From Chloroflexota bacterium (lineage in GTDB: Bacteria; Chloroflexota; Dehalococcoidia; Lucifugimonadales; Lucifugimonadaceae), in the NCBI GenBank assembly GCA_002717385.1, contig PBDR01000017.1, forward strand, positions 8,847 to 72,846: a stretch of 64,000 bases of DNA. The letters run 5' to 3'. Below are positions 10,032 through 20,497 of the stretch, one piece after another. Numbering within the stretch: position 1 is the stretch's first letter; each line of letters starts with the position of its first letter. Made by a program: the position numbers and the translations under genes. Below the pieces are notes generated by a model. The model had not been told where the DNA came from. It searched no databases and saw nothing but the letters and a program-made list of their open reading frames with translations.

Positions 10032-10496
10032 ATGGATATTAGCGAATACATAATAACTTTTTCAAGATGGTTACACATCGTAGGTGCAAGTATATGGTTA
10101 GGAGGCACTGCAGTATATTCATTAATATTGAATCCTGTAAAAAAAACCAATCCTTCTTATAAAAATCTTTTCAAAGAAATCAATACTAAATACAAAGAAA
10201 TAATCAATATCTCTATAATAATTTTATTAGTCAGTGGTGTAATCATGATGTTTGAAAGAATCACAGGTTCCCCACCACCAACTCTATGGTTTATATTTCT
10301 CTTTATTAAGATATTTTTAGCTATAATAATTATGTTTTTATCATGGAGATTAAGAAAAAAAATAACTACCACTTCCAAAAATTCTTTCATTGAAAAAATA
10401 AGTGATTTATTAGGTTATAACTTAATTTTAGCTTTGGGAGCGATTATTTTTTTAATAGCTTCATATTTAAGAACCATTTTGGAAAATAATCTATAA
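10032..10496 (+). CDS. Hypothetical 4-TM membrane protein (weakly CopD-like)
   Basis: 154 aa with four hydrophobic helices. WLHIVGASIWLGGTAV resembles CopD-type helix 1. Starts 2 nt after the TlpA-like gene. Confidence 0.5.
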   Translation: MDISEYIITFSRWLHIVGASIWLGGTAVYSLILNPVKKTNPSYKNLFKEINTKYKEIINISIIILLVSGVIMMFERITGSPPPTLWFIFLFIKIFLAIIIMFLSWRLRKKITTTSKNSFIEKISDLLGYNLILALGAIIFLIASYLRTILENNL

Positions 10497-10934
10497 TTTT
10501 TTTAAATTATGATATGGCAAAGTTTTAAGAAGTTCTCCAATTGTTTTTTGTTCAATTGGATGAATAGTTTGGGAATCAATTTCATTCAATGGTATTAATA
10601 CAAATGGTCTTATATGCATAAGCGGATGAGGAATGGTCAATGTTTTTGTATTTATGATTTTATCTTCATACAATAAAAGATCAATATCTATAGTGCGAGG
10701 TAGCTTTTTCTTTTTATTCTCTCTGCCCAAATCAAATTCAATTTGATTCATATCATCCATTAGTTCATTAGGCGAAAATGTAGTCGAAATTTTTAAGACC
10801 ATATTAATATATTCACCTTGAATATTATCAACCCTCCAAGGAGGATTTTCATATAAAGAACTAGAGCAAACAATTAAATGTTTAGAGGAGATTTCCTTGA
10901 TCGTTTTTTTTAAATACTTTTTACGATCTCCCAA
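10491..10934 (-). CDS. folK: 2-amino-4-hydroxy-6-hydroxymethyldihydropteridine diphosphokinase (HPPK)
   Basis: RTIDIDLLLY, IPHPLMHIRPFVLIPLNEI. The in-frame upstream sequence (..EHIVYLGLGSN-LGD) looks like the conserved HPPK N-terminus, so the true start may lie upstream of the TTG at 10934 (see findings). Confidence 0.85.
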   Translation of the reverse strand: MGDRKKYLKKTIKEISSKHLIVCSSSLYENPPWRVDNIQGEYINMVLKISTTFSPNELMDDMNQIEFDLGRENKKKKLPRTIDIDLLLYEDKIINTKTLTIPHPLMHIRPFVLIPLNEIDSQTIHPIEQKTIGELLKTLPYHNLKKL

Positions 10935-10977
10935 ATTTGAACCTAATCCTAAATATACAATATGTTCAAGCTTAATA

Positions 10978-11790
10978 TTAATTTTCCCTTACTAAATGAT
11001 CCATTAATCTAGAGACTTTTGACATAAATTGGACATCATGTACTCTGATAATATCGACGCCCTGAGTGATACAGTAACTTAATGCTGCTGCTGTACCTTC
11101 TATCCTATCTAAACCTTCATCGTAAATTATTGAAGATATAAAAGACTTCCTAGACACCCCTATCAAAACAGGAAACCCCAATTCTGATTTAATAAAGTTA
11201 ATATTCCTTAATATTTCTATGGATTCTTTAGCATTTTTTTTGAACCCTATTCCAGGGTCAATTATAATTTTTTCCTTAGAAACTCCATTTAAACCTGCAT
11301 ATTCAGTAGTTTTTTTTAGATCATCTATTACTTCATCAACTACATTCGAATGTTTTTTGTTCCTAACGTGACTGACTACTAAAAAAGTACTATATTTTGC
11401 AGAAATTTTAACCATCTTCGGATCCGATAACATTGAAACATCATTGATTATTGATGCACCTAATTTACATGCTCTTTCAGCGACATTAGATTTCATCGTA
11501 TCTATAGAAATCGGGATGTCAGCATTTTCAGAAATAATCTTAATTACTGGTTCAATACGAGAAATTTCTTCAAATTCTTTCACTGGTTTACTATCTGGGT
11601 ATAAAATAGCAGGTTTTGTCGATTCTCCTCCAACATCAATAATATCTACATTTTGTGCTTTAAAATCTTCCAGTTTTTCAAGAATAATTTTTTCTGTATT
11701 TTGTCCTGAGGATAATATACCATCACCAGAAAAAGAATCAGGAGTGACATTTAAAATTCCCATTACATGAGTTTTATTCCCAAAAAGCAT
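10978..11790 (-). CDS. folP: Dihydropteroate synthase
   Basis: MGILNVTPDSFSGDG, DVGGESTKP, and a pterin-binding TIM-barrel pattern through IIRVHDV. Confidence 0.9.
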   Translation of the reverse strand: MLFGNKTHVMGILNVTPDSFSGDGILSSGQNTEKIILEKLEDFKAQNVDIIDVGGESTKPAILYPDSKPVKEFEEISRIEPVIKIISENADIPISIDTMKSNVAERACKLGASIINDVSMLSDPKMVKISAKYSTFLVVSHVRNKKHSNVVDEVIDDLKKTTEYAGLNGVSKEKIIIDPGIGFKKNAKESIEILRNINFIKSELGFPVLIGVSRKSFISSIIYDEGLDRIEGTAAALSYCITQGVDIIRVHDVQFMSKVSRLMDHLVREN

Positions 11791-11941
11791 GTGATTATTC
11801 TTATTTATATATTGTTATGGTTTATTCTCACAAGTAATATTTAAGTGTAAGGAATTTTCCTTATAGAATTCAGTTTTTTAAACTGAAATTAGCAAATATC
11901 TAATGAACATATAATAACTCCAAAAAGGTGTGATACTCTAT

Positions 11942-13498
11942 ATGAAAAATGATAGTGGGGAAAAATTAATAAATGATTTGAACGCAATGCATGAAAAAGC
12001 ATTGATGGGTGGAGGTCAAAAAAGGATAGATTCTCAACATAAAAGAGGAAAATTAACTGCTAGAGAAAGAATTGAAAAACTTTTAGACAAAGATAGTTTC
12101 TCAGAAATTGACCAATTTGTTACACATGAATCAAATGATTTTGGTTTGGAAGAACAAAAATTCCTAGGAGATTCAGTTGTTACTGGTTTTGGCAGGATTA
12201 ATAACAGAAAGGTTTTAATCTATTCACAAAATTTCACCGTTCTTGGAGGATCTTTATCTTTAGTAGCATCTAAAAAAATTTGTAAATTGATGGATTTAGC
12301 AGAAAAAAACGGAATTCCTATAATAGGAATTAATGACTCTGGAGGCGCAAGAATCCAAGAAGGAATAGATTCGTTAGCAGGTTATGCCGAAATATTCAAA
12401 AGAAACACCTTATTATCAGGTGTAGTTCCACAAATCACAATTATTGCGGGACCGGCTGCAGGTGGAGCAGTATATTCTCCCGCCATCACTGATTTTATTT
12501 TTATGGTACAAGGTATAAGTCAAATGTATATCACGGGTCCAGATGTAATAAAATCTGTTACCGGTGAAGATATTTCTCATGAAGATCTCGGTGGTGCTGA
12601 TATACACTCAGCAAAAAGTGGAGTTTCACATTTCATTGCTAAAACTGAAGAAGACTGTTTCAACGATGTTAAAAGATTACTTTCATATCTCCCTTCAAAT
12701 AATTATGAAAACCCACCAAAAATTAATAGCAATTTTGAACTAAAAAAAGATGAAATTCTAAGAAAAATAATTCCTGAAGAATCTAATAAACCCTATAACG
12801 TTTTAGAAATTATTAGTCGAATTGTAGATACAAATTCTTTCTTTGAAATTCATCAATATTTCGCAAAAAATATCATTACAGGTTTTGGAAGAATAAATGG
12901 GAATGTAATAGGGATAATTGCTAATCAACCATCTGAAATGGCAGGAATGTTAGATATAGACGCATCGGATAAAGCTGCAAGATTTGTAAGATTTTGCGAC
13001 GCATTTAATATACCTTTGGTTACTTTGGTTGATGTACCTGGATTTATGCCTGGAACACACCAAGAATATGGAGGAATAATTAGACATGGAGCAAAATTAT
13101 TATATGCTTACACTGAGGCAACAGTTCCGAAAATATCTGTAATACTGAGAAAAGCTTATGGTGGAGCATATATTGTTATGAGTTCTAAAGGTTTACGAAC
13201 TGATATAAATCTTGCATGGCCCACAGCAGAAATTGCAGTTATGGGACCTGAAGGCGCTATAAATATTATTTCTAGAAAAGAAATATCTGATTCAGAAAAT
13301 CCTGATAAGAAAAAAACAGAGTTAATTGATGATTACAAAGAAAAATTCGCCAATCCATATGTTACAGCTAGTAAAGGGTATTTAGATGACGTGATTGACC
13401 CTTCAGAAACAAGGATAAAGATAGCTAAAAGTTTAGATTTATTATCTACAAAAATCCAAAGTAATCCACGGAAAAAACATGGAAACATCCCACTCTAA
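11942..13498 (+). CDS. pccB: Acyl-CoA (propionyl-/methylmalonyl-type) carboxylase carboxyltransferase beta subunit
   Basis: GGGQKRIDSQHKRGKLTARERI, DSGGARIQEG, GPAAGGAVYSPA, RKAYGGAYIVM. ATG at 11942, with an alternative GTG at 11930. Confidence 0.85.
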   Translation: MKNDSGEKLINDLNAMHEKALMGGGQKRIDSQHKRGKLTARERIEKLLDKDSFSEIDQFVTHESNDFGLEEQKFLGDSVVTGFGRINNRKVLIYSQNFTVLGGSLSLVASKKICKLMDLAEKNGIPIIGINDSGGARIQEGIDSLAGYAEIFKRNTLLSGVVPQITIIAGPAAGGAVYSPAITDFIFMVQGISQMYITGPDVIKSVTGEDISHEDLGGADIHSAKSGVSHFIAKTEEDCFNDVKRLLSYLPSNNYENPPKINSNFELKKDEILRKIIPEESNKPYNVLEIISRIVDTNSFFEIHQYFAKNIITGFGRINGNVIGIIANQPSEMAGMLDIDASDKAARFVRFCDAFNIPLVTLVDVPGFMPGTHQEYGGIIRHGAKLLYAYTEATVPKISVILRKAYGGAYIVMSSKGLRTDINLAWPTAEIAVMGPEGAINIISRKEISDSENPDKKKTELIDDYKEKFANPYVTASKGYLDDVIDPSETRIKIAKSLDLLSTKIQSNPRKKHGNIPL

Positions 13499-13910
13499 AA
13501 AAGAAAATAATAAATTTAGAAATACTTCTGATAAAAAAAAATTTATAGATGCAATTTCTTCAATGGGAAAAGAGGTATGGGAATTTCATAATAGATTTGG
13601 ATTAGGATCAGGAAAACATAAAAAATTATCAGCTAAAGAAATTATTAATAAACGAAAAAACATTTTAGATGAAGAAATAGAGGAAATGTTTGAAGCAATT
13701 AATAGTAAAGATGATAAAGAAACATTATTGGAACTTGCAGATGTTTTATTTGTTTTGATGGGACATGTTGAATCAACGGGAAATTCAGGTATCCAAGCAA
13801 TCAATGATATCACTAAAAAAAATTCTAAAAAAACTATAGAAAAATATGCCATTAGAGCTGATACTGGAAAATTATTACCTCTCGAAGGTAAACCTCATAA
13901 ATGGAAATGA
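13479..13910 (+). CDS. MazG-like all-alpha NTP pyrophosphohydrolase-family protein
   Basis: 143 aa with EE..E and LELADVLFVLMGHVESTG helix pattern. Overlaps the pccB 3' end by 20 nt. An internal start at 13563 is possible. Confidence 0.5.
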   Translation: METSHSKKENNKFRNTSDKKKFIDAISSMGKEVWEFHNRFGLGSGKHKKLSAKEIINKRKNILDEEIEEMFEAINSKDDKETLLELADVLFVLMGHVESTGNSGIQAINDITKKNSKKTIEKYAIRADTGKLLPLEGKPHKWK

Positions 13911-13929
13911 AAATAATCTAGGAGATCAA

Positions 13930-15297
13930 ATGATTGACTTAATAAGTATCGCCAAAACTGAGGCTGATGGTGGAGATCTTTTCAAAAAACTATCGGGTCT
14001 ATTTGTTGATGCAGACATTAAACCTAAAGGTTATCCGAATGCGGTTGTTTGGCAAGGAGGTAATCACGATGGTAAGGTTCGACCAATTGCTCATTCACTA
14101 ACAGATGCATACGCATTAATAGGAACTATAGCAGCAATAGATATCCTTGGATTACCTTTTTATGCTGTTCCTATGTGGAGTCAATATAGGCATGATTCAA
14201 AATTAGAAGCTTTAGCATGGTTTGGGAATATCCCATTTACTTCAATTAAATGGTCCACAGCTGGAGATGCATATGTAAATGATAGTAATGGTAAAAAAGT
14301 AGTAGTAATGGGAAAATCTGGTAATGCTCCCTTACGGACACAAGCCGGAGTGTACTGTAATGTTAGACCTTATGGTCCCATAACTGTTGTTAGAAGTATG
14401 CCGTGTCTGCCTTATTCACAAAACAAAGAAAAATTTAGCGTTGATAAATCAGGAGTAATTCATTCAGAAATGAATACACCTGGTGTACAAATGGCATATG
14501 CAAACAGACTATTCTTAAAATTAGTCAACGATTCAGGTTCTATTGGAAGAGTAGCTACAAAACCTACACAAGCAATGGAAGATGGGATTAATGCTGGTAT
14601 TCATTCATGGTTATTAAAAGGTACCAAATTTGAAGTTGGACGTAAATATGCAGTTGACCCGTATGAAGAACACAAAGATAAAATAGAAAATATAATTAAA
14701 TTACTCCCAAAAAACTTTAAAGATGGAATGGAAAATTGGTCAGGCAAAATAGAACAACATATTTCTGACACTAACTATGGATTATTAATATGGGATCTTA
14801 TTAATCAACAAAATACTATTGTATTTTCTACCGATTTAGATGGAGATAGATTAACTGATTTACTTGCTGATATTTCTGAACCTTTAAGATCTTTTGGAGG
14901 TAAAGTAGCTAAACATATAGGCAAAGATGTTAATATGCAAAAAATATGGTCCGAAATGGGATACATTACTGGTAACGGTCGAGATATGACTTCAATCATG
15001 CATAGAATGAATGGACCTGCAATTCATGAACAAACATTAGGTTCTGCAGATACAATGCTTTTAAGGCTTCTTAATGGTGATGAATGGGTTAAAGGAACAA
15101 AACAACCTTATGATCCAAGAATTCATTTTGTTTTAATTAGAGATGCATATGTTGATGCAAATCCTGAAAATAAAGAGCTTCATTTATGGCTAGAAAGATC
15201 TCTTGAAATTTTTGATGAAATTTATAGTGGGGAAAGACCAGGTTTTATTGAAGGATACAAATCTCTAAAAGAAACGATTAAACCTTGGGGGTCATAA
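13930..15297 (+). CDS. Hypothetical protein, no domain recognised
   Basis: 455-aa ORF from ATG 13930, preceded by GGAG 5 nt upstream. The longer track ORF (13846) would overlap the previous gene. Composition is non-repetitive and globular-like. Confidence 0.6.
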   Translation: MIDLISIAKTEADGGDLFKKLSGLFVDADIKPKGYPNAVVWQGGNHDGKVRPIAHSLTDAYALIGTIAAIDILGLPFYAVPMWSQYRHDSKLEALAWFGNIPFTSIKWSTAGDAYVNDSNGKKVVVMGKSGNAPLRTQAGVYCNVRPYGPITVVRSMPCLPYSQNKEKFSVDKSGVIHSEMNTPGVQMAYANRLFLKLVNDSGSIGRVATKPTQAMEDGINAGIHSWLLKGTKFEVGRKYAVDPYEEHKDKIENIIKLLPKNFKDGMENWSGKIEQHISDTNYGLLIWDLINQQNTIVFSTDLDGDRLTDLLADISEPLRSFGGKVAKHIGKDVNMQKIWSEMGYITGNGRDMTSIMHRMNGPAIHEQTLGSADTMLLRLLNGDEWVKGTKQPYDPRIHFVLIRDAYVDANPENKELHLWLERSLEIFDEIYSGERPGFIEGYKSLKETIKPWGS

Positions 15298-15319
15298 ACA
15301 AAACATAAAGGATCATATT

Positions 15320-16249
15320 ATGAAATTTAAAGTATCAGTTATTGGAGCAGGAAATGTGGGAGCAACCACAGCTCAAAGAATTTATGAAAAAGGATATTCT
15401 GATGTCGTATTAATTGACATTCTGGAAGACATGCCTCAGGGTAAGTCTTTAGATATGCTTGAGTCAGGACCTGTACTTGGTACAGATGCAAATATTATTG
15501 GATCTAATTCATATAATGAATCCAAAAATTCAGATGTAGTAGTAATCACAGCCGGAATTGCAAGAAAACCTGGAATGAGTAGAGACGATTTACTAATAAC
15601 AAACATGAAAATTGTTGGATCAGTAACTAAAGAAGTTGTAAAAAGATCACCGAACGCAATTCTAGTAGTGGTATCAAATCCTCTAGATGCAATGGTTCAA
15701 CACGCTTATAACATTAGCGGATTTCCTAAAGAACGTGTAGTTGGAATGGCAGGAATATTGGATACCGCACGTTTTAGAACATTTTTATCTCAAGAATTAA
15801 ATGTTTCAGTTACTAATATTTCAGCTTACGTTTTAGGAGGACATGGAGATACTATGGTACCTCTGATAGGGTCAACCACTGTAGGAGGTGTGCCTATATC
15901 AACCTTAATAAAACCCAACCGTTTAAATGAAATTATACAACGTACTAGGGATGGAGGAGCTGAGATAGTAGGTCTTCTTAAAACTGGCTCTGCATATTAT
16001 GCTCCTTCTGCAGCAGTAGCACAAATGGTTGAGTCAATTTTACTTGACAGGAAAGAAATACTCCCATGTGCAGCTTTATTAGAAGGTGAATATGAAATCA
16101 ATGGTCTTTATGCAGGTGTTCCAATAAAATTGGGTGCAAATGGAATTGAAGAAATAATAGAGATAGATCTTACTGATGAAGAATCAAAGGCACTTAAAAA
16201 TTCAGCTGAATCGGTAAAAGAATTAATCGAAATAATGGATAAAAATTAA
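15320..16249 (+). CDS. mdh: Malate dehydrogenase (LDH-like type)
   Basis: [33 protein letters not shown]. Confidence 0.9.
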   Translation: MKFKVSVIGAGNVGATTAQRIYEKGYSDVVLIDILEDMPQGKSLDMLESGPVLGTDANIIGSNSYNESKNSDVVVITAGIARKPGMSRDDLLITNMKIVGSVTKEVVKRSPNAILVVVSNPLDAMVQHAYNISGFPKERVVGMAGILDTARFRTFLSQELNVSVTNISAYVLGGHGDTMVPLIGSTTVGGVPISTLIKPNRLNEIIQRTRDGGAEIVGLLKTGSAYYAPSAAVAQMVESILLDRKEILPCAALLEGEYEINGLYAGVPIKLGANGIEEIIEIDLTDEESKALKNSAESVKELIEIMDKN

Positions 16250-16395
16250 ATTTTATAAATCAAATCGACTAAAAAAACAAAAAAGCTATAATCACTACCG
16301 CTGATCAACAAATAGAAAATTGAATTTTAAGAGCTTTTATTGTTTATCTAACTTCTGGTGAAGGACCTTATATGGATAGATAAAATGTTGTAAAT

Positions 16396-17286
16396 TTATA
16401 AAGTGATTTCTTCAATTTTTTTTACAACATCTTTAGTTGAAACAATATGTTTTTGAAGTCCTAGTTCTTTTTTTGATATACCCATAGCTAAACCAATTAA
16501 TTGTGGAACATGTATTATAGGCATATCAGCTTTATCTTTTCTGTTTTTCCTTCTGGCTTTAGGTTGATATCCATCTAAATTAAGATGACAAAGTGGACAA
16601 GGTGTAACAATAGCATTTGCTCCAGAATCTTTTGCATTACCAGTATGGTTTGAAACCATTTTTAGTGAATTTTCTTGATTGATAAATAATATAGGGAATC
16701 CACAACATGCAGTAGTTCCAGAATATTTAGTAACCGTAGCACCAGTAGATTCAATTAATAATTCAAGCGAATTTTCTCTATTAGGATATTGATTGAATTC
16801 CAAAGCATCTGAAGGTCTTACCATATAGCATCCATAAAAAGGTGCTAATTCTAGACCTTTCAATTCAGAAACAAACGTTTTCTTTAATTCCTCAAGACCA
16901 ATATCTTCTATGATAGCCCAAAGAAGATGTTTTACCTTAGTGGTTCCATTATACTTCAGTCCTTCATCTCTTAAAACTTCGTTTATTTCATCAAGATATT
17001 TACTGTCTTTAAGTACCCTATGATTTGCTTGGCTAATTACTCCTTGACAAGTTGAACAAATAACTAACATTGTCAATCCCATCTCTTCAGCCATAGCCAA
17101 TGTCCTAATATTAAGTATGTCACCCATTTTTTGATCTTTTTCTTGTAAAACACCTGCTCCTGTACACGATGCCCTAGTTAGTTCTACAACTTCAATATTC
17201 AATCGTTCCATCACAATTTTTGCAGAATCATACAACTCTGGAGCACCACCTTTAGCTACACAGCCAGGGAAAAAAGCATACTTCAT
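16396..17286 (-). CDS. Succinate dehydrogenase CCG-domain subunit (HdrB-like, 'SdhE/SdhC' of type-E enzymes)
   Basis: 296 aa, soluble-looking and Cys-rich. Two CCG-type modules (..CSTCQG.. and ..TACCGFP..TPCPLCHLN). 4-nt overlap with sdhB. Confidence 0.75.
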   Translation of the reverse strand: MKYAFFPGCVAKGGAPELYDSAKIVMERLNIEVVELTRASCTGAGVLQEKDQKMGDILNIRTLAMAEEMGLTMLVICSTCQGVISQANHRVLKDSKYLDEINEVLRDEGLKYNGTTKVKHLLWAIIEDIGLEELKKTFVSELKGLELAPFYGCYMVRPSDALEFNQYPNRENSLELLIESTGATVTKYSGTTACCGFPILFINQENSLKMVSNHTGNAKDSGANAIVTPCPLCHLNLDGYQPKARRKNRKDKADMPIIHVPQLIGLAMGISKKELGLQKHIVSTKDVVKKIEEITL

Positions 17287-18242
17287 TGTTTTTTTTCTTC
17301 CACTTTTTTGTAAATATCTTTTATTTTCTCTTTATCTTCTGCCTTATGAGGTATTAATGGGGGGAGCTTACCTTTTAGTAGAGCTTTCATACCTATAGGA
17401 GCCAAATCAAGTAATCTAGGTATATTTGTAATACCAGCAGAATCCACTGCAAGTCTTGTTTCATCAAGTCTACCATGTTTTTTAACAGAATTATAAAAAG
17501 ACTCTGTGTGTTTGTAACCTGAAGTACTTTTATTACCAGACTCTATAGCTGACTCTCGCATTTCCATTATTCTATCCATAGGGGCTACCCCTTTTGGACA
17601 AACTTCTACACACTGCATACATCTTGTACAATCCCAAATACCACCATCTTGATCATTTAAATATCTTAATCTTTCCTCTTTTTTACCATCCCTTGGATCT
17701 TCAACAAATCTCCAAGCTTTTGCTAATGCTGCTGGTCCAATAAATTTATTGTCAACCTCTAAAACGGTACAATCTGAAACGCAAACGCCGCACATTATAC
17801 AATTCATACTAGTAAGTAAATTTTCCATAGATTCATTCGAGGCGATAAATTCTCCCGTTTCAGGTTCTGAATCAGGAACTATATATGGAGTAACTTGATC
17901 GATTTTTGAAAAGAAACTGTCCAATGAAACAACTAAATCTCTAATAATAGAGTGATTCCCTAGTGGTTCAATATTCAAAGGTTCATTGTTTTTTAATATT
18001 GATTCAACTCTAGTTTTACAAACCAATCTAGCACGACCGTTAACCCTCATACCACATGAACCACAAATAGAAGCTCTACATGCGCATCTTAAAGCTAATG
18101 TTCCATCTATCTCATCTCTTATTTTAATTAAAGCATCAAGAATAGTAGTATTTGAATTTATCTGTATACTATACTCCTGCCACCACTCATTATCTGATGG
18201 TAACTCTGGATCAAATCTTTTTATATTTAATTTTACTTCCAT
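17283..18242 (-). CDS. sdhB: Succinate dehydrogenase/fumarate reductase iron-sulfur subunit
   Basis: 2Fe-2S CRASICGSCGMRVNG..LVC, then CIMCGVCVSDC and CTRCMQCVEVCP. I prefer the ATG at 18242 (TGATG overlap with the sdhA stop) over the upstream track start at 18269. Confidence 0.85.
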   Translation of the reverse strand: MEVKLNIKRFDPELPSDNEWWQEYSIQINSNTTILDALIKIRDEIDGTLALRCACRASICGSCGMRVNGRARLVCKTRVESILKNNEPLNIEPLGNHSIIRDLVVSLDSFFSKIDQVTPYIVPDSEPETGEFIASNESMENLLTSMNCIMCGVCVSDCTVLEVDNKFIGPAALAKAWRFVEDPRDGKKEERLRYLNDQDGGIWDCTRCMQCVEVCPKGVAPMDRIMEMRESAIESGNKSTSGYKHTESFYNSVKKHGRLDETRLAVDSAGITNIPRLLDLAPIGMKALLKGKLPPLIPHKAEDKEKIKDIYKKVEEKKQ

Positions 18243-19924
18243 CAATATTGCCTCTCTACTGGTTCCCATTTAGTTATATTCACTGGTAAAGTTTCTACTT
18301 TAACTCCATTTTTGCTTTCATTATCTTTAGAAACTAGTATATGTTTTAACCAATTTTTATCATCTCGAGTTGTTATATCTGTTCTAAAATGGGCTCCCCT
18401 ACTTTCTTTTCGAGAAATCGCTGAATGAACTATTGACCAAGCAACATCAGTCATAAATTCTAATTCCAAAGCAAAAATTAAATCAGTATTAAATACTGCC
18501 CCTTTTCGATCTATAGAAATATTTTTAACTCTATCTCTAATACCAGAAATATCATTAATCGCCTTTTCCATAGTTTTTTGATTCCTAAACACCCCTATTC
18601 CTAATGTCATAGAATTTGCCATTTCATTCCTAACAATAGCTGGTCTTTCACCATTTTTTCTGTCAATTATTGACTGTAATCTCTTTTTTTCATTTTCCAA
18701 ATATGAAGCATCAAGATTTACATGTTTGATATTTTTTACATAATTTGTTGCATGATCAGCAGCACGTCTACCAAAAACCACTGTGTCAAGTAACGAATTT
18801 GCACCTAATCTGTTTGCTCCATGTACACTCACATTAGCACATTCTCCTGCTGCATATAAACCATCAACTGAAGTAGCACCATTAACATCCGTCTTAATTC
18901 CTCCCATTATATAATGCATTCCTGGTCGAATAGGTATTGGCTGCTCAGCTAAATCTATTCCCATGAATTCAACCCCAACTTCCTGTAAATATCCCAATCT
19001 TGACTCAATGTATTTTCGACCCAAATGCCTAAGATCTAATAAAACGTTACCATCTATACCTCTGCCTTCATTGATTTCAGTTTGTTCGGATCTAGAAACT
19101 ACATCACGTGAAGCCAATTCCATATATTCGGGAGCATATTTTTCCATAAATCTATCCCCATCAGAATTCAAAAGGTACGCACCTTCTCCTCTTGCAGCCT
19201 CGGACATCAATATTCCAGTCCCTGCGAGAGTTGTAGGATGATATTGGATCATTTCCATGTCCATCACCGCTGCTCCTGCTTGCCAAGCCAACGCTAAACC
19301 ATCACCTGTACAAATTATTGCATTTGTAGAAGGTTCAAATACCCGACCAGCCCCACCAGCAGCTATAATTACCGATTTAGCACGTATAACGTATAATTCT
19401 CCTGTTTTGATATCTAAAGCTATAACACCACAACATTTTCCTTCTTCTATAAGTAACTTTGTAACAAACCATTCTTCATAAACATTTAATCCGTATTTAA
19501 TTGATTGCTCAAATAATACATGAAGGATAGCTGAACCTGTAATAGCACCAACAAAAAAGGTCCTTGCAATCTTCTGTCCACCAAATCTTCTAGTACCTAA
19601 TTTACCATCATCACCTCTACTAAAAATCACACCCATTCTTTCCAACTCAATTACAGACTCACCTGCTTCCCTTGACATGATTTCAACTGCATCTTGATCA
19701 GCTAAAAAATCTGAACCTTTAATAGTGTCATAAGCATGATCTTCCCAATCATCTCCTCTATCAGTTAACGGAGCGTTAATACCTCCTTGAGCTGCATTAG
19801 AATGACTCCTTACAGGATGAACTTTTGAAATTACTCCAACATTCATGCCATTTCTAACCCCCTCAACAGCTGCACGAAGACCTGCAAGACCTGCTCCAAT
19901 TATCAAGATATCGTGTTCATACAT
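18242..19924 (-). CDS. sdhA: Succinate dehydrogenase/fumarate reductase flavoprotein subunit
   Basis: [36 protein letters not shown]. Confidence 0.9.
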   Translation of the reverse strand: MYEHDILIIGAGLAGLRAAVEGVRNGMNVGVISKVHPVRSHSNAAQGGINAPLTDRGDDWEDHAYDTIKGSDFLADQDAVEIMSREAGESVIELERMGVIFSRGDDGKLGTRRFGGQKIARTFFVGAITGSAILHVLFEQSIKYGLNVYEEWFVTKLLIEEGKCCGVIALDIKTGELYVIRAKSVIIAAGGAGRVFEPSTNAIICTGDGLALAWQAGAAVMDMEMIQYHPTTLAGTGILMSEAARGEGAYLLNSDGDRFMEKYAPEYMELASRDVVSRSEQTEINEGRGIDGNVLLDLRHLGRKYIESRLGYLQEVGVEFMGIDLAEQPIPIRPGMHYIMGGIKTDVNGATSVDGLYAAGECANVSVHGANRLGANSLLDTVVFGRRAADHATNYVKNIKHVNLDASYLENEKKRLQSIIDRKNGERPAIVRNEMANSMTLGIGVFRNQKTMEKAINDISGIRDRVKNISIDRKGAVFNTDLIFALELEFMTDVAWSIVHSAISRKESRGAHFRTDITTRDDKNWLKHILVSKDNESKNGVKVETLPVNITKWEPVERQY

Positions 19925-19966
19925 TTTTCACCTCAAGATATAAAATTAGTAGAATTACAAAATAGT

Positions 19967-20497
19967 TCAACCACTAAAAATTGTATTCATCAAAAGTAAA
20001 GCGATAATTGAAGTTTGATCTACAATTTTACCTTTTCTTATCAACTCAGGAACATTACTAATTTTAATACTATTAATCTCAATGTGCTCATCTAAATCTG
20101 GCTTTAATGGCGAATGAAAAATTTCTTTTGCTGAAAAAATAGAACATTTTTCCGAAGAATATCCTGGAGCAACTAAGGTTTCACATAATAAACTGATTTG
20201 TTTAGCATCATAATTAGTCTCCTCTCGTAATTCCCGTCTAGCACACTGAATGGATGATTCTGAAATTTTTCTATTTCCAGAGGGAATTTCAAGTACATAT
20301 TTTCCAACAGAATATCTCCATTGCTCCACTAAAATAATGTTTTCTGAATCTAGAAAAGGAATTATTGCGGATGAACCAAAATGTTCAATATATTCATGTG
20401 AAAAGAATTCATTATCTTGAAATTGAAAATCAATTTTATGAAGAGAAAATTTATTTCCATCATATACAACTCTATCTTGTAAAACATTTGGTTTCAT
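19967..20497 (-). CDS. NUDIX hydrolase (ADP-ribose pyrophosphatase-like)
   Basis: Nudix box GNRKISESSIQCARRELREETNY. 4-nt overlap with nadK. Confidence 0.75.
   Translation of the reverse strand: MKPNVLQDRVVYDGNKFSLHKIDFQFQDNEFFSHEYIEHFGSSAIIPFLDSENIILVEQWRYSVGKYVLEIPSGNRKISESSIQCARRELREETNYDAKQISLLCETLVAPGYSSEKCSIFSAKEIFHSPLKPDLDEHIEINSIKISNVPELIRKGKIVDQTSIIALLLMNTIFSG

Noticed and set aside
11444-11770. 108-aa plus-strand ORF inside folP
   Set aside because: It is a shadow ORF opposite a gene with unmistakable DHPS motifs. The same reasoning applies to 4722-4937(-), 4912-5115(-), 6150-7052(+), 8296-8571(-), 10157-10390(-), 12416-12607(-), 13586-13852(-) and 14805-14999(-).
13846-13929. N-terminal extension of the 455-aa orphan (track start 13846)
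   Set aside because: It would overlap the MazG-like gene by 65 nt. The ATG at 13930 has a GGAG 5 nt upstream and lies just after that gene's stop.
16250-16395. Possible missing small SdhF-like anchor gene or sRNA in the mdh / sdh convergent spacer
   Set aside because: The only minus-strand ORF is a ~21-codon run opening with TTG. No stable hairpins or conserved RNA motifs are visible.
17986-19481. Plus-strand ORFs 17986-18273, 18963-19241 and 19257-19481, opposite sdhB/sdhA
   Set aside because: They are antisense to strongly conserved flavoprotein and FeS genes. No start context or motifs are present.
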